Source: Myxococcota bacterium (GTDB taxonomy: Bacteria > Myxococcota_A > Polyangia > Polyangiales > Sandaracinaceae). Taken from it: DNA of 64,000 nucleotides. Shown here piece after piece: positions 9,128 through 18,000 of this stretch (position 1 is its first letter; each line of letters starts with the position of its first letter). The notes beneath the pieces were generated by a model, which saw only the letters and a program-made list of their open reading frames with translations, had not been told where the DNA came from and made no database searches. Both the position numbers and the translations under genes were made by a program. The DNA lies in assembly GCA_036149055.1 (NCBI GenBank), contig JAYZQJ010000084.1, positions 1-64,000 of the forward strand. The letters run 5' to 3'.

Positions 9128-12100
9128 ATGCACGCTGCCAGACATCGACTCTCTCTCCTCGTGGCGCTCGCGCTCGCCCTCGCCGGGTGCGATGACGGCG
9201 CCGGGCCCGACTGCGGATCCGACGGGGAGGCGCCGACGCTCACCACGCTCCCGGAGACGCCCGCATCCCTCGCGCCGCGGGCCGACGGCACGGTGCAGCT
9301 CCAGCTCAACTTCTCGGAGGCGGTCACCGGCGTCGGCCCGGAGTCGTTCTCCGGGGTCGACGTGCAGTCGGTCGAAGGAGAGGGCGACGACTACGTCGTG
9401 ACGCTCGGCGGCCTCGAGCCGGGCGACACCGCGACCCTCACCGTCGCGGCCGCGGGCATCGCCGATCTCTGCGGCAACGCGCTCGCCGCGGACGTCGACG
9501 TCGAGATCACGGTCGTCCGGGACCAGTGCGCGCGCGACGCCACGTCGCCCCAGGTCCGGTCCATCCCCGTGTCGCCGGTCGCGCTCGACGCCGGGACGAC
9601 CTCCACCACCCTCACGCTCGTCTTCAACGAGGCGGTCGAGGGCGTGGACGGCGCGGTCACCGTCGACGGCGGCGCCAGCGTCGACTCGGTCACGCTCACC
9701 GACGGGGTCTACGAGGTCGCGCTGTCGGGGCTCGAGGACGGGACGACCACGGTGACGGTCGGCGGCGGCGTCACCGACGCCTGCGGCAACGCGCTCTCCC
9801 CCGCGAGCTTCGAGCTCGTGGTGCCCGAGACCGACACCACCCCCCCGACGGTCGCGAGCACCGACCCGGCGGACGGCGCCACCGACGTGAACTTCCGGCA
9901 GCCGATCGAGGTCGTGTTCAGCGAGGCGATGGACCCCTCGATGGGCACGGCGACGGTGATGGCCGCGGCCGCGCTCGACGTCGACGCCAGCTGGAGCGCC
10001 GACGGAACGACGCTCACCCTCACGCCCCCCACGTCGGGCTACGGCTTCGAGCAGGCGGTCACCGTGACGCTCTCCGGCTACGCGGACACGAGCGTAAACG
10101 CGCTCGCCGCCGACGAGTCCCTCTCGTTCACGACCGGCGCCGATCCGTGCAGCGGGCTCCCGGAGACGGTCTCGGTCGACGCCGAGCTCGTGGAGGCCGA
10201 CGGCGCCGCCGGCACCGTGACCCTGGGCTTCGCCCTCGACGCCGACTTCCCGCTCACCGAGTCCCTGCTCGCGCTCACGCCCACCCGCGGCGGCTCGGGC
10301 GCGCTCGTCGCCGGGTCGCTGATGGGCGGCCCGCGCGCCTACACGGTCGACGCCTCCGGCGTGGCCAACGGCGAGACCTACGACCTCGAGATCACGGGCG
10401 CCGAGACCGCCGACTTCTGCACCACGCTCCTGGCGGGCGTCGTCCCGGTCGCCATCCGCGAGCCGCTGCCGACGACCTCCGGGGCCTGCCCGCTCCCGGA
10501 GACGCTGCCCAACCACTACGCGGACCCGGACGCCTGTGACGAGCGGACCAACGCCAGCTTCGCCACCGCGGCCAGCACCGGCTTCACGCTGGCGCGCATC
10601 GGCGACGGCTTCAGCGTCGGCGGCACCTACGACTCGGACAGCATCGGGGGCTCGGACAACGAGTACTACACCTTCGGTGTCGTGTCGGACGGGACCCGCG
10701 CGACGGATCTGCGGGTCTCGATCGCCTACGGCTGCAGCTTCACCGGCTCCGGCACGCGCAGCAGCTCGGCGGCGCCGGTGATCGACCTCCTCGACGGCTC
10801 GGGCGCGGAGATCGCGAGCTTCGACGCCGACGACGACTACGCGTCCATCGACGGCAGCGGCAACTTCGGCGTCGGGCTCGGCGAGGTGTCGGTGGTGCTG
10901 CCGCCCGGCTCGTCCACCCTCGGCCTCCGCGTCGACGACGACGCCGGGACCAGCTGGTGCATGGACTACGTGATCTACGTGGAGATGGTGGACGACAGTC
11001 GCCCCGCCGGCTGCGCCTCGACGCCTCGCTCCGTCCAGATCGACGGCACCCCGCAGAACGCCTTCCTCGCCTCGGCCGGAGCCCCGGTCACCGTCGCGCT
11101 CTCGCTCAGCGGTGACTTCCCGCTCGACGAGAGCGCCATCACCGTGACGCCGACGTCGGGCGGCTCGGGCGCGCTCGTGCCCGGCAGCCTCCGCGGGTCC
11201 GGGAGCGCCTACCTCGTCGACGTCGCGGGCGCGGCCGACGGCGAGACCTACGACGTCTCGGTCTCGCCGCGGAGCGGCGTCTGCGCGAGCCTGCGCGCGG
11301 GCTTCGTGCCGGTCACGGTCACCACCGACCTCGTCGGCGGGTCCGCCTGTCCGCTGCCGGGCCCGCTGACGACCAGCTTCGTCGCGCCCGACGCGTGCGG
11401 CGCCGGGCCCACCAACGGGACGCTCGCGACGTCGGCGGCCACCGGAGCGACGCTGATGGGCGTGGGTGACGCGTTCAGCATCGGCGGCATCTACGACTCC
11501 GACACCTCGCCCGATCTCGACTTCTTCTCGTTCCAGCTGGTGGAGAGCGGCACCACCGCCACCGACCTGCGCGTCGTGTTCACCTACGGCTGCAGCTTCA
11601 CCGGGACGGGCAGCCGCAGCAGCACCACCGAGCCGGAGATCGAGCTGCTCGACGACGCGGGCACCGTGCTCGGCACCTTCGACGGGGCGGACTCGTACGG
11701 CGACGTGGACGGCTCGGGCCGGTACGGCTTCGGCGCGAGCTCGATCCGGGTCCTCGGCCCGGCGGGCACGAACACGTACCACCTCCGGATCGACGACGTC
11801 TCGGGCAGCGACTGGTGCATGGACTACGACCTCCGGGTCGAGGTGACCGACGACACCTTCCCGGCCGAGTGTGTCGGCGCGGGCCCGACCGCGGCGCTGG
11901 ACGCCTCCTCGACCGAGGGGCAGATCAGCGGCGGCGTCGCGACCGTCGTCATCCCCCTCGACGACCGGTTCGTGCTGGCCGAGACCGACCTCACCCTGAC
12001 CCCCACCAGCGGCGGCGGCGGCAGCATCGTCCCGGGCAGCCTGCGAGGGTCGGGGGACACCTACACCATCGACCTCACCGGGGTCGCCCTGGGTGAGACC

Positions 12101-12724
12101 TACGACCTCGACCTGGCCGGCCGGACGGACGGATGCGGGACCGCCCTCACCGGAGGGACGCTCGCGGTGTCGCTCACCGATCTCCCGGTGGGCGGGATGT
12201 GTCCGCTCCCGGCGCCGCTCGCCGCTCACACCGCCGACCCCGACGCGTGCGGCGCGCGCACGAACGGGGACGAGTCGACCGCGATCGCGACCGGCGTCAC
12301 CCTGAGCTCGGCCGGTGATCGCTTCAGCGTCGGCGGGATCTACGATTCGGACAACGCCGGAGCCTCGAGCGACAACGAGTTCTACGCCTTCGAGATCGTC
12401 GGTGACGGCGTGACGGACTACGTGGTCGAGCTGCGCGCCGCCTACGGCTGCTCCTTCACCGGGAGCGGCACCCCGGGGGGCTGGGCTCCGGACGTCGAGA
12501 TCCTCGACAGCACCGGCGCCACGATCGGGAGCGCGGTCACGGGCGACGACGACTACGACGACGTGGACGGCAGCGGGTTCTACGGCTTCGGCCGGGGCAC
12601 CGTGACCATCCCCGCCGCGGACAACCCGGCGGGCACCAACACCTTCTACCTCTGGCTCGACGACGGCGTGGGCACCGGCTGGTGCATGGACTTCCAGCTC
12701 TACGTCACCCTGGTCAGCCCGTAG
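9128..12724 (+). CDS. Large surface lipoprotein: Ig-like (Big) domains followed by three repeats of about 286 aa
   Basis: SD GGGAG, lipobox LAGC, FSEAV/FNEAV/FSEAMD Ig motifs, DTTPPTVASTDPADGATDV (Big_5-like), three CPLP..PDAC..YGCSFTG..WCMD modules. Confidence 0.85.
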   Translation: MHAARHRLSLLVALALALAGCDDGAGPDCGSDGEAPTLTTLPETPASLAPRADGTVQLQLNFSEAVTGVGPESFSGVDVQSVEGEGDDYVVTLGGLEPGDTATLTVAAAGIADLCGNALAADVDVEITVVRDQCARDATSPQVRSIPVSPVALDAGTTSTTLTLVFNEAVEGVDGAVTVDGGASVDSVTLTDGVYEVALSGLEDGTTTVTVGGGVTDACGNALSPASFELVVPETDTTPPTVASTDPADGATDVNFRQPIEVVFSEAMDPSMGTATVMAAAALDVDASWSADGTTLTLTPPTSGYGFEQAVTVTLSGYADTSVNALAADESLSFTTGADPCSGLPETVSVDAELVEADGAAGTVTLGFALDADFPLTESLLALTPTRGGSGALVAGSLMGGPRAYTVDASGVANGETYDLEITGAETADFCTTLLAGVVPVAIREPLPTTSGACPLPETLPNHYADPDACDERTNASFATAASTGFTLARIGDGFSVGGTYDSDSIGGSDNEYYTFGVVSDGTRATDLRVSIAYGCSFTGSGTRSSSAAPVIDLLDGSGAEIASFDADDDYASIDGSGNFGVGLGEVSVVLPPGSSTLGLRVDDDAGTSWCMDYVIYVEMVDDSRPAGCASTPRSVQIDGTPQNAFLASAGAPVTVALSLSGDFPLDESAITVTPTSGGSGALVPGSLRGSGSAYLVDVAGAADGETYDVSVSPRSGVCASLRAGFVPVTVTTDLVGGSACPLPGPLTTSFVAPDACGAGPTNGTLATSAATGATLMGVGDAFSIGGIYDSDTSPDLDFFSFQLVESGTTATDLRVVFTYGCSFTGTGSRSSTTEPEIELLDDAGTVLGTFDGADSYGDVDGSGRYGFGASSIRVLGPAGTNTYHLRIDDVSGSDWCMDYDLRVEVTDDTFPAECVGAGPTAALDASSTEGQISGGVATVVIPLDDRFVLAETDLTLTPTSGGGGSIVPGSLRGSGDTYTIDLTGVALGETYDLDLAGRTDGCGTALTGGTLAVSLTDLPVGGMCPLPAPLAAHTADPDACGARTNGDESTAIATGVTLSSAGDRFSVGGIYDSDNAGASSDNEFYAFEIVGDGVTDYVVELRAAYGCSFTGSGTPGGWAPDVEILDSTGATIGSAVTGDDDYDDVDGSGFYGFGRGTVTIPAADNPAGTNTFYLWLDDGVGTGWCMDFQLYVTLVSP

Positions 12725-12735
12725 TCGGCTCCCTC

Positions 12736-12766
12736 GGGAGGGGGCATGCCCCGCATGCGCCCTCCC
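12736..12766. terminator. GC-rich hairpin between convergent genes (terminator or REP-like)
   Basis: GGGAGGGGGCATGC-CCC-GCATGCGCCCTCCC: 14-bp stem, 1 mismatch, no U-tract. Confidence 0.55.
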
Positions 12767-12770
12767 GCCC

Positions 12771-14864
12771 TCAGGCTCCCGGCCGGCGACGCGACGATCG
12801 GCCGGCGAGCCCGAGCGCGAGCGCGAGCGCGAGCAGCCAGGCGGAGGGCGCCGGGCCCCGGCCGGTCGCGCGGCACGCGCACGATCCGACGGCGTCCGGA
12901 CGGGTCGAGACCCCGGCGTCGAGCGTCGGGGAGCCGGCGTCGTCGTCCTCGGTGAGCGGCGGCTCGGTCGGCTCCGGGATCGGCATGGGCTCGGGAGGCA
13001 GCGCCCCATCGCGGCGGCGCCAGACGCCCAGCAGGTCGACGATCACGTGCGCGCGGGTGGTCGTGGTCACGCACGCGCGCCGGCTCGTGCCGAGGTCGGT
13101 GGTGACGAGCGTGGACCGGGGCGCCTCCGCGAAGTTGTGCGCCGAGGTCGGGGGCGGCGCCTCCCGCTCGCACGCGTGCGCCACCAGGTGTCCGCGCCCG
13201 TCCGCCTCCACCGTCGCGACGTTGAAGACCGCCGCCCAGGCGTCGTCGGGCATGCCGGGCGCGTCGGCCAGGGTCAGCTCGAGGGTCTGACGCGCGGCGA
13301 GGCGATGCTCGTAGAGGAGCCCGTCGCGGGTGTCGACCAGCCGCGTGGGCGCGAGGGCCTGGTACTCGAGCCGGCCCTCGGCCGAGAAGAAGCCGAGCAC
13401 GTCGAGCACCACGTGCATCGGCGCGCTCGCGCGCAGGCAGAGCCGACCGTCCGGGCCGAGCCCCGTGACCACCTGGTTCGACGCGACCTCGTCCGGGAGC
13501 AGGTTCACCGTGGACGTGTCCGGCTCGACGCCGCAGGGGAACACCGCCACGTGCGCGGGCTCGCCCGGGAGGATCGCGGCCACGGTGGCGAGCACCCCGA
13601 TCGCGCCCTCCGGCGCCTCGACGTCGACCGGGGTGATCGCGTCCGCCTCCAGGGGCGCGCCGAGCGAGCGCGTGTCGAGGGCGCGGCGTGGATCCACCAG
13701 CTCCAGCCCGGCGCCGGTGTCGCCCAGGGTCGCCACCCGGTCGCCGATCAGCTCCATGGGCGAGCTCGTGTGCAGCGTGATCGCGGCGCCGTCGCCGAGC
13801 GGGCTCGGCACCAAATTCGCCCGCACGACGCCGTGCGAGTTCAGGCTCGAGGTGGCGGGGCGAGGCGCGCCGGCCGGCGCGACGGACACGAAGCTCGGCC
13901 CGCTCGGCACCATCGCCACGTTCAGCCACACCCCACGGGGGCCGGGCTCGGACGTCCAGGTCAGCGCGTCGCCGGCCGCGTTCCAGACCGCGCCCGGGCT
14001 CGCGTCTCGGGTGTCGAAGACGCGCTCCGGGCCGACGAAGGTCAGCCGGGCCGGCTCGCCCTCGAGGGTGAGCGCCGGGAGGCGCGCGTCCGCCACCGGC
14101 ACGGCGGCGGGCGGCTCCGGCACCCCGCAGCGCGGCGCGTCGCCGGCCAGGCACTCCATGCCGCCGGCCGCGCAGTCGGTCCGCGAGCAGTCCCGCCCGA
14201 CGAGCACCGCGCCCTCGCACGCCGGCTCGCAGGTGGTGCCTGGAGGGCCGACGGTGAAGAACGGCGTGTCCCGCGCCGCGCCGGCCACCGACAATTCGAT
14301 GTGCAGATGGTCGGTGTGCGGGCTCCCGCCCAGGCTGCCCCACCCGCGCTCCCCGTTCCAGAAGGTGTGATCCCAGATCACCCGCTGGATGCCGATGTAC
14401 TCGGCGTGCTCGACCAGGAAGTTCGCGACCGCGTCGCCGATGGTGTTGTCGGCCTGGCCGCCCGACGCGAAGGGCACGCCGAGGTCGATGGCCCGCCCGA
14501 CCGCGTGCACCGAGAGGTGGTCGCGCCGGTTGCTGTTCTGGCGGCAGCAGTAGGTCCCGTAGTTCCGGATGTCCGGGAAGCGGCGCAGCAGGTACTCGCG
14601 CAGCTCGTTCGTCCCCGGGTGGGCCGGGATGCACGCCGGGTGACTACACGAGCAGGTGAACGGGTTGGTCGACGCGCACGAGCCGTCGGGCCGCACCGGC
14701 GGCGGATCCACGACCGGGACGAAGTGGCTGGCCGCGATCGCGCGCACCCGATCGGGCGCGACCCAGGGGCCGGGCACGGCCACCGCCTGCTCGGACGCGG
14801 CCGGCGCCTCGTAGGTGACGCAGCTGGTGAGGAGGGCGGTCAGGGCGAGGAGGGTGAGACGCAC
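12771..14864 (-). CDS. Lipoprotein with an LAS/M15-like Zn peptidase domain, three RxxDTR beta modules and a MYXO-CTERM tail
   Basis: Lipobox LTSC; SVHAVGRAID...HTDHLHIE; ERVFDTRD, RRALDTRS, TRLVDTRD; SCACRA-hydrophobic-RSSRRR. GTG 14864 fits the upstream sigma-54 promoter. Confidence 0.75.
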   Translation of the reverse strand: MRLTLLALTALLTSCVTYEAPAASEQAVAVPGPWVAPDRVRAIAASHFVPVVDPPPVRPDGSCASTNPFTCSCSHPACIPAHPGTNELREYLLRRFPDIRNYGTYCCRQNSNRRDHLSVHAVGRAIDLGVPFASGGQADNTIGDAVANFLVEHAEYIGIQRVIWDHTFWNGERGWGSLGGSPHTDHLHIELSVAGAARDTPFFTVGPPGTTCEPACEGAVLVGRDCSRTDCAAGGMECLAGDAPRCGVPEPPAAVPVADARLPALTLEGEPARLTFVGPERVFDTRDASPGAVWNAAGDALTWTSEPGPRGVWLNVAMVPSGPSFVSVAPAGAPRPATSSLNSHGVVRANLVPSPLGDGAAITLHTSSPMELIGDRVATLGDTGAGLELVDPRRALDTRSLGAPLEADAITPVDVEAPEGAIGVLATVAAILPGEPAHVAVFPCGVEPDTSTVNLLPDEVASNQVVTGLGPDGRLCLRASAPMHVVLDVLGFFSAEGRLEYQALAPTRLVDTRDGLLYEHRLAARQTLELTLADAPGMPDDAWAAVFNVATVEADGRGHLVAHACEREAPPPTSAHNFAEAPRSTLVTTDLGTSRRACVTTTTRAHVIVDLLGVWRRRDGALPPEPMPIPEPTEPPLTEDDDAGSPTLDAGVSTRPDAVGSCACRATGRGPAPSAWLLALALALGLAGRSSRRRPGA

Positions 14865-14875
14865 GCGCCGGGAAG

Positions 14876-14891
14876 TGCACGCCACGTGCCG
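14876..14891 (-). promoter_or_regulatory. Sigma-54 (-24/-12) promoter
   Basis: Minus strand CGGCACGTGGCGTGCA (GG-N10-GC); predicted +1 near 14865, next to GTG 14864. Confidence 0.6.
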
Positions 14892-14987
14892 CCGCCGCCT
14901 GCCGAGACCTCCGCCCCGCTCGCCGGTTCGTGGAGCGCGCGAGGCTCCGCCGACCGGCGCCTGCGGTCACCGGCGCCCTCAGTTTCC

Positions 14988-15096
14988 GGAGGGGGCATGC
15001 GCCCCCTCCCGCCCGACCGGCAAAGCCGGATCGGGCTCCCACCCCATCTCACGCGCGGACGCGCGTGGAAGCTGCGGCAATATTTGCCGCATCTTC
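14988..15096. repeat. Four consecutive inverted repeats (REP-like hairpins plus an operator-like palindrome)
   Basis: GGAGGGGGC/GCCCCCTCC 14988-15009; GCCCGACCGGC-AAA-GCCGGATCGGGC 15011-15036; ACGCGC/GCGCGT 15051-15066; TGCGGCAA-TAT-TTGCCGCA 15073-15091. Confidence 0.65.
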
Positions 15097-18000
15097 AATG
15101 CAACAGGCGGCTGCCCTCTTCGGGGTCGACCCGGCGGTGGTAGCCGCGGCTCGTCGCGCTGAAGCCGGCGGCGCGGAGGTGGTCGGCGAGCACCGAGTCG
15201 GCCGGATCGTCGCCGTTCACCCGCTTGAGCAGCACGGCGCGGGCCTTCCGGCCCTCTCCGCTCGCGTCCTTCAGGCCGCGCACCAGCGCCTCGATCGCCT
15301 TCGCGTGGGCGAGCGGGTCCTCGGGGTCCGGGAGGAAGGTGAGCACGCTGTGCCCCGTCTTGCCGACGTAGCCGACCAGGCGCCCGGCGTGCAGCACCAC
15401 CCGCGCGCCGGCGGTCCGGGCCGGGCGCCCCGTCGACTCCGGCCACCCGATGGCGGCGCCGTAGACGTTGGCCGGGTCGTCGGCGGCGACCAGCGTCACC
15501 GCGGCGTCGTCGTCCGGCTCGCGGTGCTTGCGCAGCCGATCCTCGGCGCCCGGGAGCGCGAACTGGGCCGCGCCGAGCCCGGCGACGAAGTAGCCGCGCC
15601 GGACCTTGCCCGCCTGCTCCATCGCCTTGAGCACCGGGTAGACCGCCGAGAAGCCGCCGGGGATGCCCTCGGACTGCACCGCCTCGCGGGTGAGCACGCC
15701 GTGTCGCTCGAGGAGCTGAGTGGCCAGCGCCTCCGCGCGCTCGGTCGGGGTCGGCCCCTCGACCGGCGGCAGCAGCGACCAGCGACCTTCGGAGCCCGGC
15801 GGGCCGGAGCGGCGCGGGGTCCGCCGCGAGAGCCGCTGCCGGCCCCGCGGGCGCTCGTCCCCGCCGCGCATCGCCCGGATCGGCATGAGCGTGTCGTTGG
15901 TGACCTCGCCGGCCCACACCATGTCCCAGAGGGTCTCGAGCACGTCGCGGCCGAAGCTCCCCGTCGCGTCGACGAGCTCGCGGAAGAAGACGGCCCCGCG
16001 CGCCGAGAGGCACTCGCGGATCGCCGCGGCGAGCTCGCCCTCCACCGGCGTCGCCGGCGGCGCGAGCAGGTCGTAGTGATCGGCGAGGTAGAGCGCGATG
16101 CGCCCGTCCTTCGGGCCGAGCGCGCCGACCCCGCGCCAGAGGACCTCGCCGCTCGCGCAGAGCTCGTCGAGGTCGCGCCGGTCGTAGCCTCCGAGCCGCG
16201 AGGGGAGGGTGTGCGCCTCGAGCGAGGACGCGGGGATCGGCGCGCCCTGGAGCTGCTCGATGACGCCGATCAGCGCGTCCGGGCCCGAGCGCTGCCGACC
16301 CACGCCGTGCCAGTCGAGGGCGAAGCGGGCGAGCGCGTCCGGCTCCACCGGCTCGATCTGCTGCCGCAGCTTGGCGAGCGAGCGCTGCTTGATCTGCCGC
16401 AGCACGTCGACGCCGACCCACTCGCGGGTGCGGCCGCCCGGCACCAGCTCGCCCTCGAGCACCTTGTCGGCCTCCTGCAGCCGCTCGAGCACCACCCGCA
16501 CCGCGCCCGAGCCGAGCCCGTAGCGCCCGCTCACCGCCTCGAGGGTGAACGGGCCGTGGGTGCGGGCGTAGCGCGCGATCAGATCGCCCAGCGGATCGCG
16601 CACCGGCTCGAGGAGCGCCTGCGGCAGGCCCTGCGGCGGCACGAGCCCGAGGCCGTCCCGGTAGCGCGCCATGTCCTCGACCGCGATGAAGCGCGGCTCG
16701 TCCGCGACGGTGACCTTCACCACCCGGCGCGCGCGCGTCAGACCCGCGAGCCAGCCCTCGACGTCCGCGCCCTCCTCGCACCGCGCCTCGATCTCGGCCC
16801 GGCCGAGGTCGCCGAGGCCGAGCAAGAGATCGTGCAGCGCGTCCGGGTGGTTCACGAGCCGGCCGGTCAGCCGCTGCAGGCGACGCTCCACCTCGTGGAT
16901 GGCGTCGAGGTCGAGCAGCTCGCGGAGCTCGGGCTCGCCGAGCAGCTCGCGGAGCTGCGCGTGGTCGAGGCTCAGCATCTGCGAGCGCCGCTCGGCGAGC
17001 GGCACGTCGCCCTCGTAGATGAAGCTCGCGACGTAGTTGAAGAGCAGCGAGGAGGCGAAGGGCGAGGGCGAGCGGGTCTTGACGCTCGTGACCAGGATGC
17101 GCCGCTCCTTCACGTCCTTCAGGATCTCGAGGAGCCCGGGCAGGTCGAAGACGTCGCGCAGGCACTCGCGGTAGGTCTCGAGCACGATCGGGAAGTCGCT
17201 GAAGCGCGAGGCGACCTTCAGGAGCTGCGCGGCCTTGCGGCGCTGCGCCCAGAGCGGGGTGCGCTGGCCGGGCCTCCGCTTGGGGAGCAGGAGCGCGCGG
17301 CCGGCGTTCTCCCGGAACCGCGCCGCGAAGAGGCTGGTGGACGGCAGCTGATCGACGATCAGGCGCTCGACCTCCTCGGGGTCGGGCAAGAACCACGCGT
17401 CCTCCGGCGGCTCGTCCGCGTCGGGGAGGCGGAAGACCATGCCGTCGTCCGACCACATCGCGTCGGGGTCCATGCCGAGCTCGTGGCTGAGCCGCTGGGT
17501 GACCGCGGTGCTCCACGGCGCGTGCACGCGCGCGCCGAAGGGCGAGAGGACCGTCACCACCCAGTCGCCGATCTCGTCGATGAAGCGCTCGATCACGATC
17601 GCGCGATCGGTCGGCAGCCGGCCGGTGGCCTCGGCCTGGTCCTCCAGGTAGCGCAGGAGGTTCTCGGCCGCGCGCGGGTCGAGGGCGTGGTGGCCTTCGA
17701 GCTTGGAGAGCGCCGCGCCCCGGGGCATCGACGACAGCTCGCGGGTGAGCGCGCCGATCGCGCGGCCGAACTCGAGCGGGCGCCCCGGCCGGTCGCCATG
17801 CCAGAACGGCATCTTGCCGGGCTCGCCCGGCGCCGGGGTCACGAGCACCCGGTCGTGGGTGATCTCCTCGATGCGCCAGGAGCTCGCGCCGAGCAGGAAC
17901 ACGTCGCCCTCGCGCGACTCGTAGACCATCTCCTCGTCGAGCTCGCCGACCCGCACCGGCTTGTCGCTCGACGCGAGGAACACGCCGTAGAGCCCGCGGT

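Noticed and set aside
12805..12834. GCGAGC hexamer run as a contingency repeat
   Set aside because: Explained by Leu-Ala codons in the MYXO-CTERM transmembrane helix
14892..15094. Riboswitch (e.g. c-di-GMP-I) in the structured intergenic region
   Set aside because: I could not match the conserved aptamer motifs on either strand, and the hairpins lie upstream of the predicted promoter
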